Origin: Candidatus Gottesmanbacteria bacterium
GTDB lineage: Bacteria > Patescibacteriota > Microgenomatia > JAMCYU01
Length of the DNA: 64,000 bases
Assembly (NCBI GenBank): GCA_043801155.1
Contig: JAZDMI010000021.1
Coordinates: forward strand, 2,683 to 66,682
Reading direction: 5' to 3'
Each line of letters opens with the position of its first letter. Within the stretch, counting starts at the first letter, position 1. Under the pieces are notes generated by a model that was not told where the DNA came from, searched no databases, and was given only the letters and a program-made list of their open reading frames with translations. The translations under genes were made by a program, and so were the position numbers. Positions 36,647 to 44,582 of this stretch are shown here, one piece after another.

Positions 36647-37519
36647 ATGACTTTTAATCCAAATGCTGTTTTCATTTCTCCTTCATCCATCTCTGATTTT
36701 AAAACATGTCCACAAACTTATTATTATCGGAATGTCTATAGAAATCCGAAGACTGGATTAAAAATACAAATAATTAATCCAAAACTAGCGCTTGGTGCAA
36801 CAGTGCATGATATATTAGCTCAATTCCTACACACCCAGGGAATAGAAAAAACTAAAGATCAATTACTCAATATCCTTCAGAGATATTGGGGACAGATTAC
36901 TGGTGAAAAAGGAGGATTTAAAACAGAAGAGGAAGAAAAACAATACAAAGAAAGGGCATCAAAAATGTTGGATATTTTTTGGGGAAATAACCATTTTAGG
37001 GAGGTACAACCGGTAAAACTACCCGATTTCCCAAAGGTATATTTTGATGACGATTTAATTCTCACTGGAAAACTTGACTGGATTGAGCTAGAGACAGAAA
37101 ATAAATATCACATCATTGACTTTAAAACTGGAGAAAACGAAGAACGAAGCGATTCTATGCAATTACCTATTTATGCCGTTCTTGCTTCAAATATTTTAAA
37201 AACCTCTGAAATAAAAGCAAGCTATTGGTATCTTGATAGAGATGCCGACTTGAAAAAATTCGATCTGCCCGATTTAAAAGAAACAACAGAAAAACTTAAA
37301 AAAATTGGTTATGTAATTAAAAATAGTCGGTTAACAAATTCTTTTAAATGCAGTTCGGGATACGAGTCGTGTTGGTCTTGTAAAGATTTGCTATCCATTA
37401 GCAATGGAAAGGGTAAACTTGTTTCTGTTGATTACAATCGTAAACAAGAAGTTTATATAATTCCTCCAACAGAAGATAAGCCTATATTAGAAAAACCTAT
37501 TGATGACATTCCTTTCTAA
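36647..37519 (+). CDS. PD-(D/E)XK nuclease, Cas4/RecB-like with 4-Cys cluster signature
   Basis: N-terminal FKTCPQ Cys. IIDFKTG core. QLPIYA. C-terminal C-x6-C-x2-C (CSSGYESCWSC). Confidence 0.7.
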   Translation: MTFNPNAVFISPSSISDFKTCPQTYYYRNVYRNPKTGLKIQIINPKLALGATVHDILAQFLHTQGIEKTKDQLLNILQRYWGQITGEKGGFKTEEEEKQYKERASKMLDIFWGNNHFREVQPVKLPDFPKVYFDDDLILTGKLDWIELETENKYHIIDFKTGENEERSDSMQLPIYAVLASNILKTSEIKASYWYLDRDADLKKFDLPDLKETTEKLKKIGYVIKNSRLTNSFKCSSGYESCWSCKDLLSISNGKGKLVSVDYNRKQEVYIIPPTEDKPILEKPIDDIPF

Positions 37520-37547
37520 AGAATATGTTTATATCTTCTTCTTCTTT

Positions 37548-37576
37548 TTGCATTTTCTGACTTTCTGATTTAGACT
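37548..37576 (+). promoter_or_regulatory. promoter-like module J6
   Basis: TTGCAT-TTTCTGACTTTCTGATT-TAGACT. Confidence 0.6.
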
Positions 37577-37612
37577 ATGGGTAACTATAGAAATTTAAAT
37601 TGGTGAGTAAAA

Positions 37613-37828
37613 ATGATAAAAATAAAAATTGCTGATTGGGAGAAAAAGAAATATCCGCTCGAAGATCCTAAAGATATTGAGGTTTTAGGGAAAATTCATG
37701 AATTGGAAAATCTTCCGCTTTCTTCCGAAGACAAGAAGTTGGTTAATTTTATCCGCACCCAACTTGAGGAAGATTGGCAAACTCCCTGTCTTAATTTCCT
37801 CGAAGATATCTTAAAGAAATATAGATAG
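37613..37828 (+). CDS. hypothetical protein
   Basis: 71-aa ORF downstream of module J6. Confidence 0.45.
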   Translation: MIKIKIADWEKKKYPLEDPKDIEVLGKIHELENLPLSSEDKKLVNFIRTQLEEDWQTPCLNFLEDILKKYR

Positions 37829-37837
37829 AACCTAAAA

Positions 37838-37866
37838 TTGCCTTTTTGGGTTTACTTTTTGAAACT
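37838..37866 (+). promoter_or_regulatory. promoter-like module J7, pointing into the 3' end of a minus-strand gene
   Basis: TTGCCT-TTTTGGGTTTACTTTTT-GAAACT. The next gene, 37872-38795, is on the minus strand. Confidence 0.4.
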
Positions 37867-37871
37867 GTTGA

Positions 37872-38795
37872 TTATTCAAACAAGCAGGCGACACCTAGAC
37901 AGTCTTTGCCGGTATAAACAGCCAAAACTTTGCCGGCCTCGCAGTAGTCAATGGCTTTTGGGCTTAGATTATATCTAGCGGCTAATAAATCAGTCATTTC
38001 CTGGGCTCTTCCCTCATTGTTGGTATGAGTAACCAGGGCTCTTTTGAGAACTTTTCCTTTTGCCTTTTCTTTTTCGATTAGTTCAATTATCTTTTCCGGA
38101 ATGCCTTTTTTACCTCGAGATAGAAGTTTAGGAATCAGCTTTGCTTCTTGTAGGTCAACAATAGGATACACTTTAAAAGCCATAGCCAAAGCTGCGACCG
38201 CTGTTCGTACGCCTTCCAGTCCTTCTTTAGAAATTCGCCTGCCCGCACTTTTTAGAAAATAAGCGGCATCGGACACGGCAATAAAAAGTTTAATATTTTG
38301 TGCCTTTAGCTCAAGTTTTCTGGATATTTCCTCAAAAGGTATATCTTGTTTTAAAAGCTCAATTGCTTCAGGAATGAGAATGCCTGCTCCGACAGAAACC
38401 GATTGGGTGTCCAAAACTTGAATTTTCATGTCGGGGTACTTACGTTTTATCGCTTCAGTCGCAGCGGTAGCACTATTAACCCCACAAGTTAAACGTACAT
38501 CCGAGAGGATAGTAAAGATTTCATTAATGCCAAAATGAGTAGCCAAACTTTCATAAGCCTTTTCGAACTGACCAAGATTAGCACCTGACGTATTAAATAA
38601 TTCCGCTGATTTTCCAAGACGATCATAAAAATCTGGTGTTTTAATTATAAAATCGGGTAATGGTTTTTCTTCGATAGTAATCCAGCTAGGAAGAGAAATA
38701 ACTCGTATCCCTGACTCGTTGCGAAAGTCAGCAGCCCGATGAGGGTCTAAAGAAGTAGTACTATCAGTTATCAGGGCTCGTTCCGGAGTAGCCAT
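37872..38795 (-). CDS. DegV family (fatty-acid binding) protein
   Basis: N-terminal ALITDSTTSLDP and overall DegV-like length and pattern. Confidence 0.55.
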   Translation of the reverse strand: MATPERALITDSTTSLDPHRAADFRNESGIRVISLPSWITIEEKPLPDFIIKTPDFYDRLGKSAELFNTSGANLGQFEKAYESLATHFGINEIFTILSDVRLTCGVNSATAATEAIKRKYPDMKIQVLDTQSVSVGAGILIPEAIELLKQDIPFEEISRKLELKAQNIKLFIAVSDAAYFLKSAGRRISKEGLEGVRTAVAALAMAFKVYPIVDLQEAKLIPKLLSRGKKGIPEKIIELIEKEKAKGKVLKRALVTHTNNEGRAQEMTDLLAARYNLSPKAIDYCEAGKVLAVYTGKDCLGVACLFE

Positions 38796-38869
38796 ACTTT
38801 TTTCGGGTAAAAGGTTGGGATCACTGTAACAGAATTGGTTTCGCCAGTCAAATCCTTCTAAGAATTTTT

Positions 38870-38894
38870 ACCCCGTACTAGTCGGTACGGGACT
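38870..38894 (+). repeat. junction repeat with perfect hairpin CCCGTAC-tagtcg-GTACGGG
   Basis: 21 of 24 positions match 43198-43222, where the hairpin is degraded. Confidence 0.6.
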
Positions 38895-38902
38895 TCTTAA
38901 AA

Positions 38903-38931
38903 TTGCCTTTTTGGGTCTTCGATAATAATCA
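38903..38931 (+). promoter_or_regulatory. promoter-like module J8
   Basis: TTGCCT-TTTTGGGTCTTCGATAA-TAATCA. Confidence 0.45.
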
Positions 38932-38971
38932 AAATTTGTTGATTTGACGGGACAATATATAATAATAAGGT

Positions 38972-39277
38972 ATGAGAACACGGGCAGAAATTGAAAATAG
39001 GCCATCTTCCGGATCTAAATTAATAATTTGGAACAATGGACAGGGAAATTATTATGACTTTTTTAATTGTGGTGGAGAAAAAATACCAATAGAGGAGACT
39101 CTTGGGGGAGAACTATGTTTGCTTTGCGGGGTTGTTAGAGAACAACTAAAAAAGAATAACATCACCGGTTGTTTTACAATTTTTTCGTCCGACCTTCTTC
39201 CTGGTTCCAAAATTCAAGCAGCCACTAAAAAAGATTCAAAAGTAGCAGGAGTTCCCCTGATTCTTAAAATCTCCTAA
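38972..39277 (+). CDS. hypothetical protein
   Basis: 101-aa ORF with no motif I recognise. Confidence 0.45.
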   Translation: MRTRAEIENRPSSGSKLIIWNNGQGNYYDFFNCGGEKIPIEETLGGELCLLCGVVREQLKKNNITGCFTIFSSDLLPGSKIQAATKKDSKVAGVPLILKIS

Positions 39278-39349
39278 GATTTAACTTTTTTTACATTAAG
39301 ATTAAGACGGGTGGAATTTTGAACGTGGTAGGTTCATATCTTAGGATTT

Positions 39350-39378
39350 TTGCATTTTATTTTTTCTAGTTTCTATTA
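39350..39378 (+). promoter_or_regulatory. promoter-like module J9, pointing into the 3' end of the 694-aa minus-strand gene
   Basis: TTGCAT at 39350-39355 with a weak -10 (CTATTA). Preceded by GTGGTAGGTTCATATCTT, which is homologous to 34904-34923. Confidence 0.3.
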
Positions 39379-41463
39379 CTAGTAAATTTTTGACCGGTAA
39401 TCAACAATCATTATTTCCAACTTACCCTCATCTCTCATTTTAAGTAAGACCCTTCCGCCGGAATGAATATGAGGTAGGGGAACTCTTAAACGATAAACCC
39501 CATCTGAATCCTCGATTTTAACAAGATGAGGATCTAAAATTTGCTGGCGTTTATTAAAATTAATAATAGCTTGTTGAACAAAACCTCTTTCTTCTGTAGA
39601 AAATCCTTTCATTAAAAGTTCCAGTTCTTCAGACGTCGGTTCGATGATCGTTAGTTTTCCGGTTAAAGCCTGTTCTTCTTCGGTGACTGGTTTTTCTTCA
39701 CCATCTTTTTTAATAGTTTCCCTTGTTTCTTCAACTCTTATCTGCCTTCTTAATTCATAGGTAACATCATGAAAATGCACTTTTGGCAGCGATGACTTGA
39801 GTGGTTCTTGATTACCGTCCTTAAGAGTGTTTTTTAATTTTTGATGTTCCAGATAATCCGCTAAGTGCGTTAAGGTTTTCAGTACAATTTCCTGGCAACC
39901 TTGTTTGTAGATATGGTTATTGGATTCATTGATCGAATCAAGAACCATCCAGTCAAAAGTCTCTTTTGTCGCATCGATGCTTAAGAGAAGAAAAATTTCC
40001 TCATCTTCTTCACTTGTTTTATCTATAAACTCAAATGCCATACCAAATTTACGGGGATGATAAGGATCTGCTATGAGAGAAGCAGCGTCAGGTTTTTTTA
40101 AAAATTGTAAATTATTTGGTAATTGATCAGCATCTAAACTAAATTTTCTTTCCTTGTTAGTCTTAGTAATTCTGTCTATCTGTCTCTTGACCTCTTGCCA
40201 ATTAAAATCATTATCTGTTTCGGATATTTCTTCATTCGCTAAAATGTCTTTTAATTCTTCACCGCTAAGGACTATTTGTGCCAGTCTCATTTTTTTCCGG
40301 TAGTTTTCGATATTTTCAACTAGCTTCTTATAAAAAGGAATACTCGTTTCCTTTTTAACCAAATTTGTAGCTGCACGGTAGAATCCAATCGTTTGTATGG
40401 CAGAATTAAAGCCAAGGAGTAAAAATAAATATCGGCGATGATAAGTATTTTCGTCCTGGAGGTATTTCTCAAAAAGATTGATAAGTTCCATATCAGGTTG
40501 GCCATCTTTAGGAAAAAGACGCCTAAAGACTTCTTTTCTTAGCAGGGACAATTTATCTACCAGCTCTACTGCTTTTTCTACAATTTCAGTTGCTGGCTGA
40601 CTATTGGACCTAACTGCTTCTTGAATGTCTGTTTTAGAGATATCTGCCTTGAGGAATTGTGCTACTCTAACGCTAAATTGTGCAAAATCTCCCTCAATTG
40701 CCAAAGGATAATATTTAAGTAAAGGATTCCGGCTGATTTGTTCAGCAATAATATGTTCAGGTAGTTCTTCAAACGGTTCAATAGCTGATGACTCTACAAA
40801 TAAACGGACAAAAGGTACTAAGGATTCACGATCTTTATTAGAAAAGTTCATAAATTCAATTAATGAAGCTCCTTGAATAGAAAAATTAGTATGAGTTGAA
40901 TATTGATAATCGGAAAGAGTAAAGAAGTCTTCAGCCCCTTGATAAAAATTTCTCGTCTGGGCGAATCGTTTTAGTGAATTAATCTTTCCATGGCAATATA
41001 AAGAGAGCCCGAAATCCAATGCAAACTTGATACCTCTTATTTTACAATTTTTCCAGGATAATTCGGTGTCCTCGTTTAAAGACGAAGCTGGTTCGCCATC
41101 GGGAACTTTTTCCAGAAAACCATAGGCATTTTGCATATCATCTTGGATTTGTATTAGCTTTTTACTCCAGTCTTCAGTTGTTTCCCATCCGAAAGGGTTA
41201 ACTGTATCAGTTAAAGACTTAATATTATTTCCAAATTCATTTTTTTGCTTCATGGCTCGTATCAAATATTCTAGATAAGTAGGAACTTTCTTTTTCATAT
41301 CGTCTGTAAATACCTGATCCATATTTTTAAATAAATCTGATTCTAAAAGTGATTCAACGGTAGGCAAGTTAGTAGAATCCTGGTCTTCCGCCTTATCCAG
41401 GAGGTAGCCTTTAAGTGCGTTATCTGGGCCTTCAATATAATCTATTTCAAACTTAGCTGACAT
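39379..41463 (-). CDS. large orphan protein with a RelE/ParE-like C-terminal domain
   Basis: 694 aa. C-terminus YRLRVPLPHIHSGGRVLLKMRDEGKLEIMIVDYRSKIY matches the RelE/ParE pattern (YRLRV..YRvvY....v.vl.v.hR..iY). I do not recognise the N-terminal ~600 aa. Confidence 0.6.
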   Translation of the reverse strand: MSAKFEIDYIEGPDNALKGYLLDKAEDQDSTNLPTVESLLESDLFKNMDQVFTDDMKKKVPTYLEYLIRAMKQKNEFGNNIKSLTDTVNPFGWETTEDWSKKLIQIQDDMQNAYGFLEKVPDGEPASSLNEDTELSWKNCKIRGIKFALDFGLSLYCHGKINSLKRFAQTRNFYQGAEDFFTLSDYQYSTHTNFSIQGASLIEFMNFSNKDRESLVPFVRLFVESSAIEPFEELPEHIIAEQISRNPLLKYYPLAIEGDFAQFSVRVAQFLKADISKTDIQEAVRSNSQPATEIVEKAVELVDKLSLLRKEVFRRLFPKDGQPDMELINLFEKYLQDENTYHRRYLFLLLGFNSAIQTIGFYRAATNLVKKETSIPFYKKLVENIENYRKKMRLAQIVLSGEELKDILANEEISETDNDFNWQEVKRQIDRITKTNKERKFSLDADQLPNNLQFLKKPDAASLIADPYHPRKFGMAFEFIDKTSEEDEEIFLLLSIDATKETFDWMVLDSINESNNHIYKQGCQEIVLKTLTHLADYLEHQKLKNTLKDGNQEPLKSSLPKVHFHDVTYELRRQIRVEETRETIKKDGEEKPVTEEEQALTGKLTIIEPTSEELELLMKGFSTEERGFVQQAIINFNKRQQILDPHLVKIEDSDGVYRLRVPLPHIHSGGRVLLKMRDEGKLEIMIVDYRSKIY

Positions 41464-41522
41464 TTTTTTATTTTATCATATTTATTTCGTTTTCCTTTAT
41501 AGTAAAGAATAAACCTATACTT

Positions 41523-41551
41523 TTGCATTTTCTTTTCTTCAATATTTCCAA
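41523..41551 (+). promoter_or_regulatory. promoter-like module J10 (weak -10)
   Basis: TTGCATTTTCTTTTC. The ORF-track TTG start at 41523 is this hexamer. Confidence 0.3.
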
Positions 41552-41576
41552 TAATAATGATAAAATAAACAACAAT

Positions 41577-41843
41577 ATGGTGCGGATAGAAAGTAAGTGT
41601 CTGCCCGACGGGAAAATGTTGAATATTCAATATCAGACGTCAGAAGGGCTTACAAATTTTTTTAACATCCTTTTATGTGCTGCCAGTAGAATTCCCAAAG
41701 GGAGTCCAATATATCCTCAAGCACAAATAGTTTTACAACAAATACAAGCTTTTTCTGAAGGTTCGGATGAGCCGTTTGATGGAATTGCCATAGCCAAGGT
41801 TTTAAAATCTGCTAAGTCAATTAGACCCCCAAAACAAAATTAA
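41577..41843 (+). CDS. hypothetical protein
   Basis: First ATG downstream of module J10. 88 aa. Confidence 0.45.
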   Translation: MVRIESKCLPDGKMLNIQYQTSEGLTNFFNILLCAASRIPKGSPIYPQAQIVLQQIQAFSEGSDEPFDGIAIAKVLKSAKSIRPPKQN

Positions 41844-41858
41844 GAATTTGACAAATCC

Positions 41859-41887
41859 TTGCCTTTTTCATATAAAATAGGTAAAAT
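41859..41887 (+). promoter_or_regulatory. promoter-like module J11
   Basis: TTGCCT-N17-TAAAAT. An overlapping TTGACA(41848)-N17-TATAAA is also present. Confidence 0.6.
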
Positions 41888-41909
41888 CCAGGTAAATAAA
41901 GGAGGCTAT

Positions 41910-42107
41910 ATGTGTCAAAAGCAGGAAGCAGATGAAGAATCAGGTGATGGAATGATGTTTGGCGGAATGATAATAGGAAGACTGGATCAAGATACGTCTT
42001 GGTCAAAATACGCCATGGAGAATTTAGAACCTGAGCAAAAAGAACGACTTATTGAATCAGTTAGAATTCAGAAGGTTCGTCCAAAGGTTAATCCCCAAGT
42101 CAAATAA
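41910..42107 (+). CDS. hypothetical protein
   Basis: AGGAGG RBS 6 nt upstream of ATG 41910. The ORF-track start at 41859 is the -35 TTG. Confidence 0.55.
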   Translation: MCQKQEADEESGDGMMFGGMIIGRLDQDTSWSKYAMENLEPEQKERLIESVRIQKVRPKVNPQVK

Positions 42108-42122
42108 GAACCTCGTTATTTT

Positions 42123-42151
42123 TTGCATTTTTACTCATATGATTGAAAATC
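42123..42151 (+). promoter_or_regulatory. promoter-like module J12
   Basis: TTGCATTTTTAC... with a poor -10. It overlaps the candidate ATG at 42139. Confidence 0.3.
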
Positions 42152-42417
42152 TGGGGCAGGCTATTTCTCAAGCACAGGCAGATGGATTTATAACCGAAGA
42201 ATACGGTAGGCTTATCTTAGATACAGCTAAGCTAGAATATCGTGAATGCCGGAATTGCCCTCTCCCTAATTTGTGGCGTGAGTTTTTAGAAGATCAAGGA
42301 CCATACCCGGTTTTAACCCTTGACCTTTTGTTAAAAAATATTGCTGAAAGACGAATATATTTTAGAGAGAAAGGTTGGCTTCCGCCCGATGAACCATCAC
42401 TAATTAATATTAAATAG
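42139..42417 (+). CDS. hypothetical protein (start uncertain)
   Basis: In-frame ATG after the stop of the preceding ORF. The upstream extension to 42052 overlaps the neighbouring gene. Confidence 0.4.
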   Translation: MIENLGQAISQAQADGFITEEYGRLILDTAKLEYRECRNCPLPNLWREFLEDQGPYPVLTLDLLLKNIAERRIYFREKGWLPPDEPSLINIK

Positions 42418-42428
42418 CCATTTAACTT

Positions 42429-42457
42429 TTGCCTTTTTCTGATAAAATAAATAGATG
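42429..42457 (+). promoter_or_regulatory. promoter-like module J13
   Basis: TTGCCTTTTTCTG. The N17 hexamer TAGATG overlaps ATG 42455, so its function is doubtful. Confidence 0.3.
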
Positions 42458-43198
42458 AATAATTCTAAAAAAATTAAGGATATTGTAAAAAATTCTTACG
42501 CAGAAATTGCTAAAGCCTCTGATAGTTGTGGGTGCAGTTGTGGTTGTAGTTCTAACCAGACTGTTCAACGCCAAACACAACAAATAGGTTATTCCCCGGA
42601 AGAAATTAATCAAGCGCCTTCCGGTTCTAATCTTGGGCTTGGATGTGGCAACCCGGTGGCAATTGCTTCATTAAAAGAAGGGGAAATAGTTTTGGATTTA
42701 GGTTCCGGCGCAGGATTTGATGCTTTTTTAGCAGCGCAAAAGGTTGGGACAACGGGTAAAGTCATTGGTGTTGATATGACTGAGGAAATGCTTGTCAAAG
42801 CACGAGCTAACGCTATAAAAGGTGGTTTTACCAACGTTGAGTTCAGAGAAGGAGATATTGAAAATTTGCCCTTAGATGACAACTCGGTTGATGTTGTTAT
42901 TTCTAATTGCGTTATCAACCTTAGCCCGGATAAAGAAAAAGTATTTAAGGGAATTTATCGGGTACTTAAACCAGGTGGAAGACTCATGGTATCTGATACT
43001 GTACTTTCAAAACCATTACCGGATGAACTGCGGGAAAATGAAGAATTATTAACCGGATGTGTAAGTGGAGCTATCCTTAAAAAGGATTACCTGTCATTAC
43101 TCCAAAAAACAGGCTTTTCCAATATAAAAATACAAAAAGAAAGACCGGGGTTTCTTGCAGACTACAGTATAAGTATTACCTACTCAGCAGTCAAATAA
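42455..43198 (+). CDS. arsM: arsenite S-adenosylmethionine methyltransferase-like (ArsM family)
   Basis: [49 protein letters not shown]. Confidence 0.8.
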   Translation: MNNSKKIKDIVKNSYAEIAKASDSCGCSCGCSSNQTVQRQTQQIGYSPEEINQAPSGSNLGLGCGNPVAIASLKEGEIVLDLGSGAGFDAFLAAQKVGTTGKVIGVDMTEEMLVKARANAIKGGFTNVEFREGDIENLPLDDNSVDVVISNCVINLSPDKEKVFKGIYRVLKPGGRLMVSDTVLSKPLPDELRENEELLTGCVSGAILKKDYLSLLQKTGFSNIKIQKERPGFLADYSISITYSAVK

Positions 43199-43222
43199 CC
43201 CTGTACTAGTCGATTCGGGACT
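43198..43222 (+). repeat. degraded copy of the junction repeat
   Basis: ACCCTGTACTAGTCGATTCGGGACT versus ACCCCGTACTAGTCGGTACGGGACT. Confidence 0.6.
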
Positions 43223-43251
43223 TTGCATTTTTTCAGGTTTTAGTTTAATCT
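43222..43251 (+). promoter_or_regulatory. promoter-like module J14
   Basis: TTGCAT-N18-TAATCT. Confidence 0.45.
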
Positions 43252-43270
43252 GAAAATAGGACTTAAATTT

Positions 43271-43606
43271 ATGACCGAAATAATATATAAAACAAAATTT
43301 TTTTGTAACCTTTGCAAAAAAGATATTCCCCTGGAATTATATGGTAATAAAAACACTGAATTTACACGTGATCAGGAGCCGGAAATAATTACTCCAGGGA
43401 AGCATTACCACTGGGTTGATTTTCACCGTGTTTGTGCAATTTGCGGTCAACCAATCAAAGCGCAGGATTTAACCGTGGCGATGAATGACGGGATGATCAA
43501 AATTAATGAAAATTATACTGATGAATATAATATGATTGAACAAGGAAATAAATTCGGTGTTTTTCTCATTGTCCACAAAGAATGCGTCAAAAATATTAAG
43601 TTTTAA
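43271..43606 (+). CDS. hypothetical Cys-pair (zinc-ribbon-like) protein
   Basis: CNLCKK...CAICGQ. 111 aa. Confidence 0.45.
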   Translation: MTEIIYKTKFFCNLCKKDIPLELYGNKNTEFTRDQEPEIITPGKHYHWVDFHRVCAICGQPIKAQDLTVAMNDGMIKINENYTDEYNMIEQGNKFGVFLIVHKECVKNIKF

Positions 43607-43686
43607 TAAAATGTTGGCATAACTTCATATCCTTCCTTTTTATCTTTTTGTTTCTTCCAATATTAGTTTTTTGCCGATGAGTTATA

Positions 43687-44274
43687 ATGAATTCAATGAA
43701 TATTACCGCGAAATTTATTAAAGGTATTATTGGGACTGATGATATTTTATATGACGGGAAATTTCAGGTTTGCTTCATGGGCCGTTCCAATGTTGGCAAA
43801 TCAACCCTGATTAACACTCTCACCCAAATTAAAGATCTTGCCCGTTCAAGTTCCGATCCCGGGAAAACCATCCGCATGGATTTTTTTCTCATCAATGATA
43901 AATACTATTTTGTTGATTTTCCCGGCTATGGTTATGCCAAGCGTTCACAGGAAAAAAGGGAAAAGCTGGCCAAAATGATCCTTTGGTATCTTATGTATTC
44001 GCAAGTCAAAAAGAGACTGGTGATCCTGATAATTGATGCTCAAGTGGGGATGACTCCTTATGATCTAGACATGTTAAAAACCCTGCATGAAGAAAAAGTT
44101 GATTATTTTATCGTTGCCAACAAGATCGATAAACTAAAAATGAATGAAAAGGCAAAACAACTGGCAAAAATAAAAAGTGATTGTGGAAATTCAAATGTTA
44201 TTCCTTTTTCTTCAAAAGATAAAAGAGAGAGAGTAAACCTTCTTTCGCAAATTTCCTCCCACCCTAGCTACTAA
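43687..44274 (+). CDS. engB: ribosome biogenesis GTPase YihA/EngB
   Basis: GRSNVGKSTLIN, DFPGYGYA, NKID. Confidence 0.85.
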   Translation: MNSMNITAKFIKGIIGTDDILYDGKFQVCFMGRSNVGKSTLINTLTQIKDLARSSSDPGKTIRMDFFLINDKYYFVDFPGYGYAKRSQEKREKLAKMILWYLMYSQVKKRLVILIIDAQVGMTPYDLDMLKTLHEEKVDYFIVANKIDKLKMNEKAKQLAKIKSDCGNSNVIPFSSKDKRERVNLLSQISSHPSY

Positions 44275-44582
44275 TGGGAATAATCAAGGGCTACCTTTTC
44301 GCTGATCTTAATTCCTTTTTCCTTTATTGTTCCCGGGGGTAATTCAAGAACGTCTTTGTATTGGGGAGGCCAAAAGAAAAGGCGGCTAGCTGGAAGGGAA
44401 TGAATCATCTTTACTACTTGTTTATTACTATCCAGAATTAGTACATCAATCGGAGATTTCATTCCAAAAGTATGGATACCGAAGCGGGTCGTAAAATAAA
44501 TTGGATAAATGTTTTTTTGTCCGATTAGTCCGACCGATTTTTCTATAAAGCTATGTAATGCCTTGACTTTAAGAAGAATCAT
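44271..44582 (-). CDS. DUF192 (COG1430) family protein
   Basis: GLIG...IHTFGMKSPIDVLILD pattern. Confidence 0.6.
   Translation of the reverse strand: MILLKVKALHSFIEKSVGLIGQKNIYPIYFTTRFGIHTFGMKSPIDVLILDSNKQVVKMIHSLPASRLFFWPPQYKDVLELPPGTIKEKGIKISEKVALDYSH

Noticed and set aside
41523-41576. TTG-initiated N-terminal extensions in the ORF track (41523, 41859, 50935, 57437)
   Set aside because: At 41523, 41859 and 50935 the TTG is the first three bases of a TTGC[ACT]T -35-like hexamer. At 57437 it lies in the T-run of the leader terminator. Downstream ATGs, with an RBS or -10 spacing, give more plausible starts.
33977-43251. Integron-like cassette array
   Set aside because: There is no intI-type integrase in the window and no attC-like sites with GTTRRRY/RYYYAAC cores. 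The cassettes carry their own promoters, and the resemblance is limited to one-gene-per-junction order.
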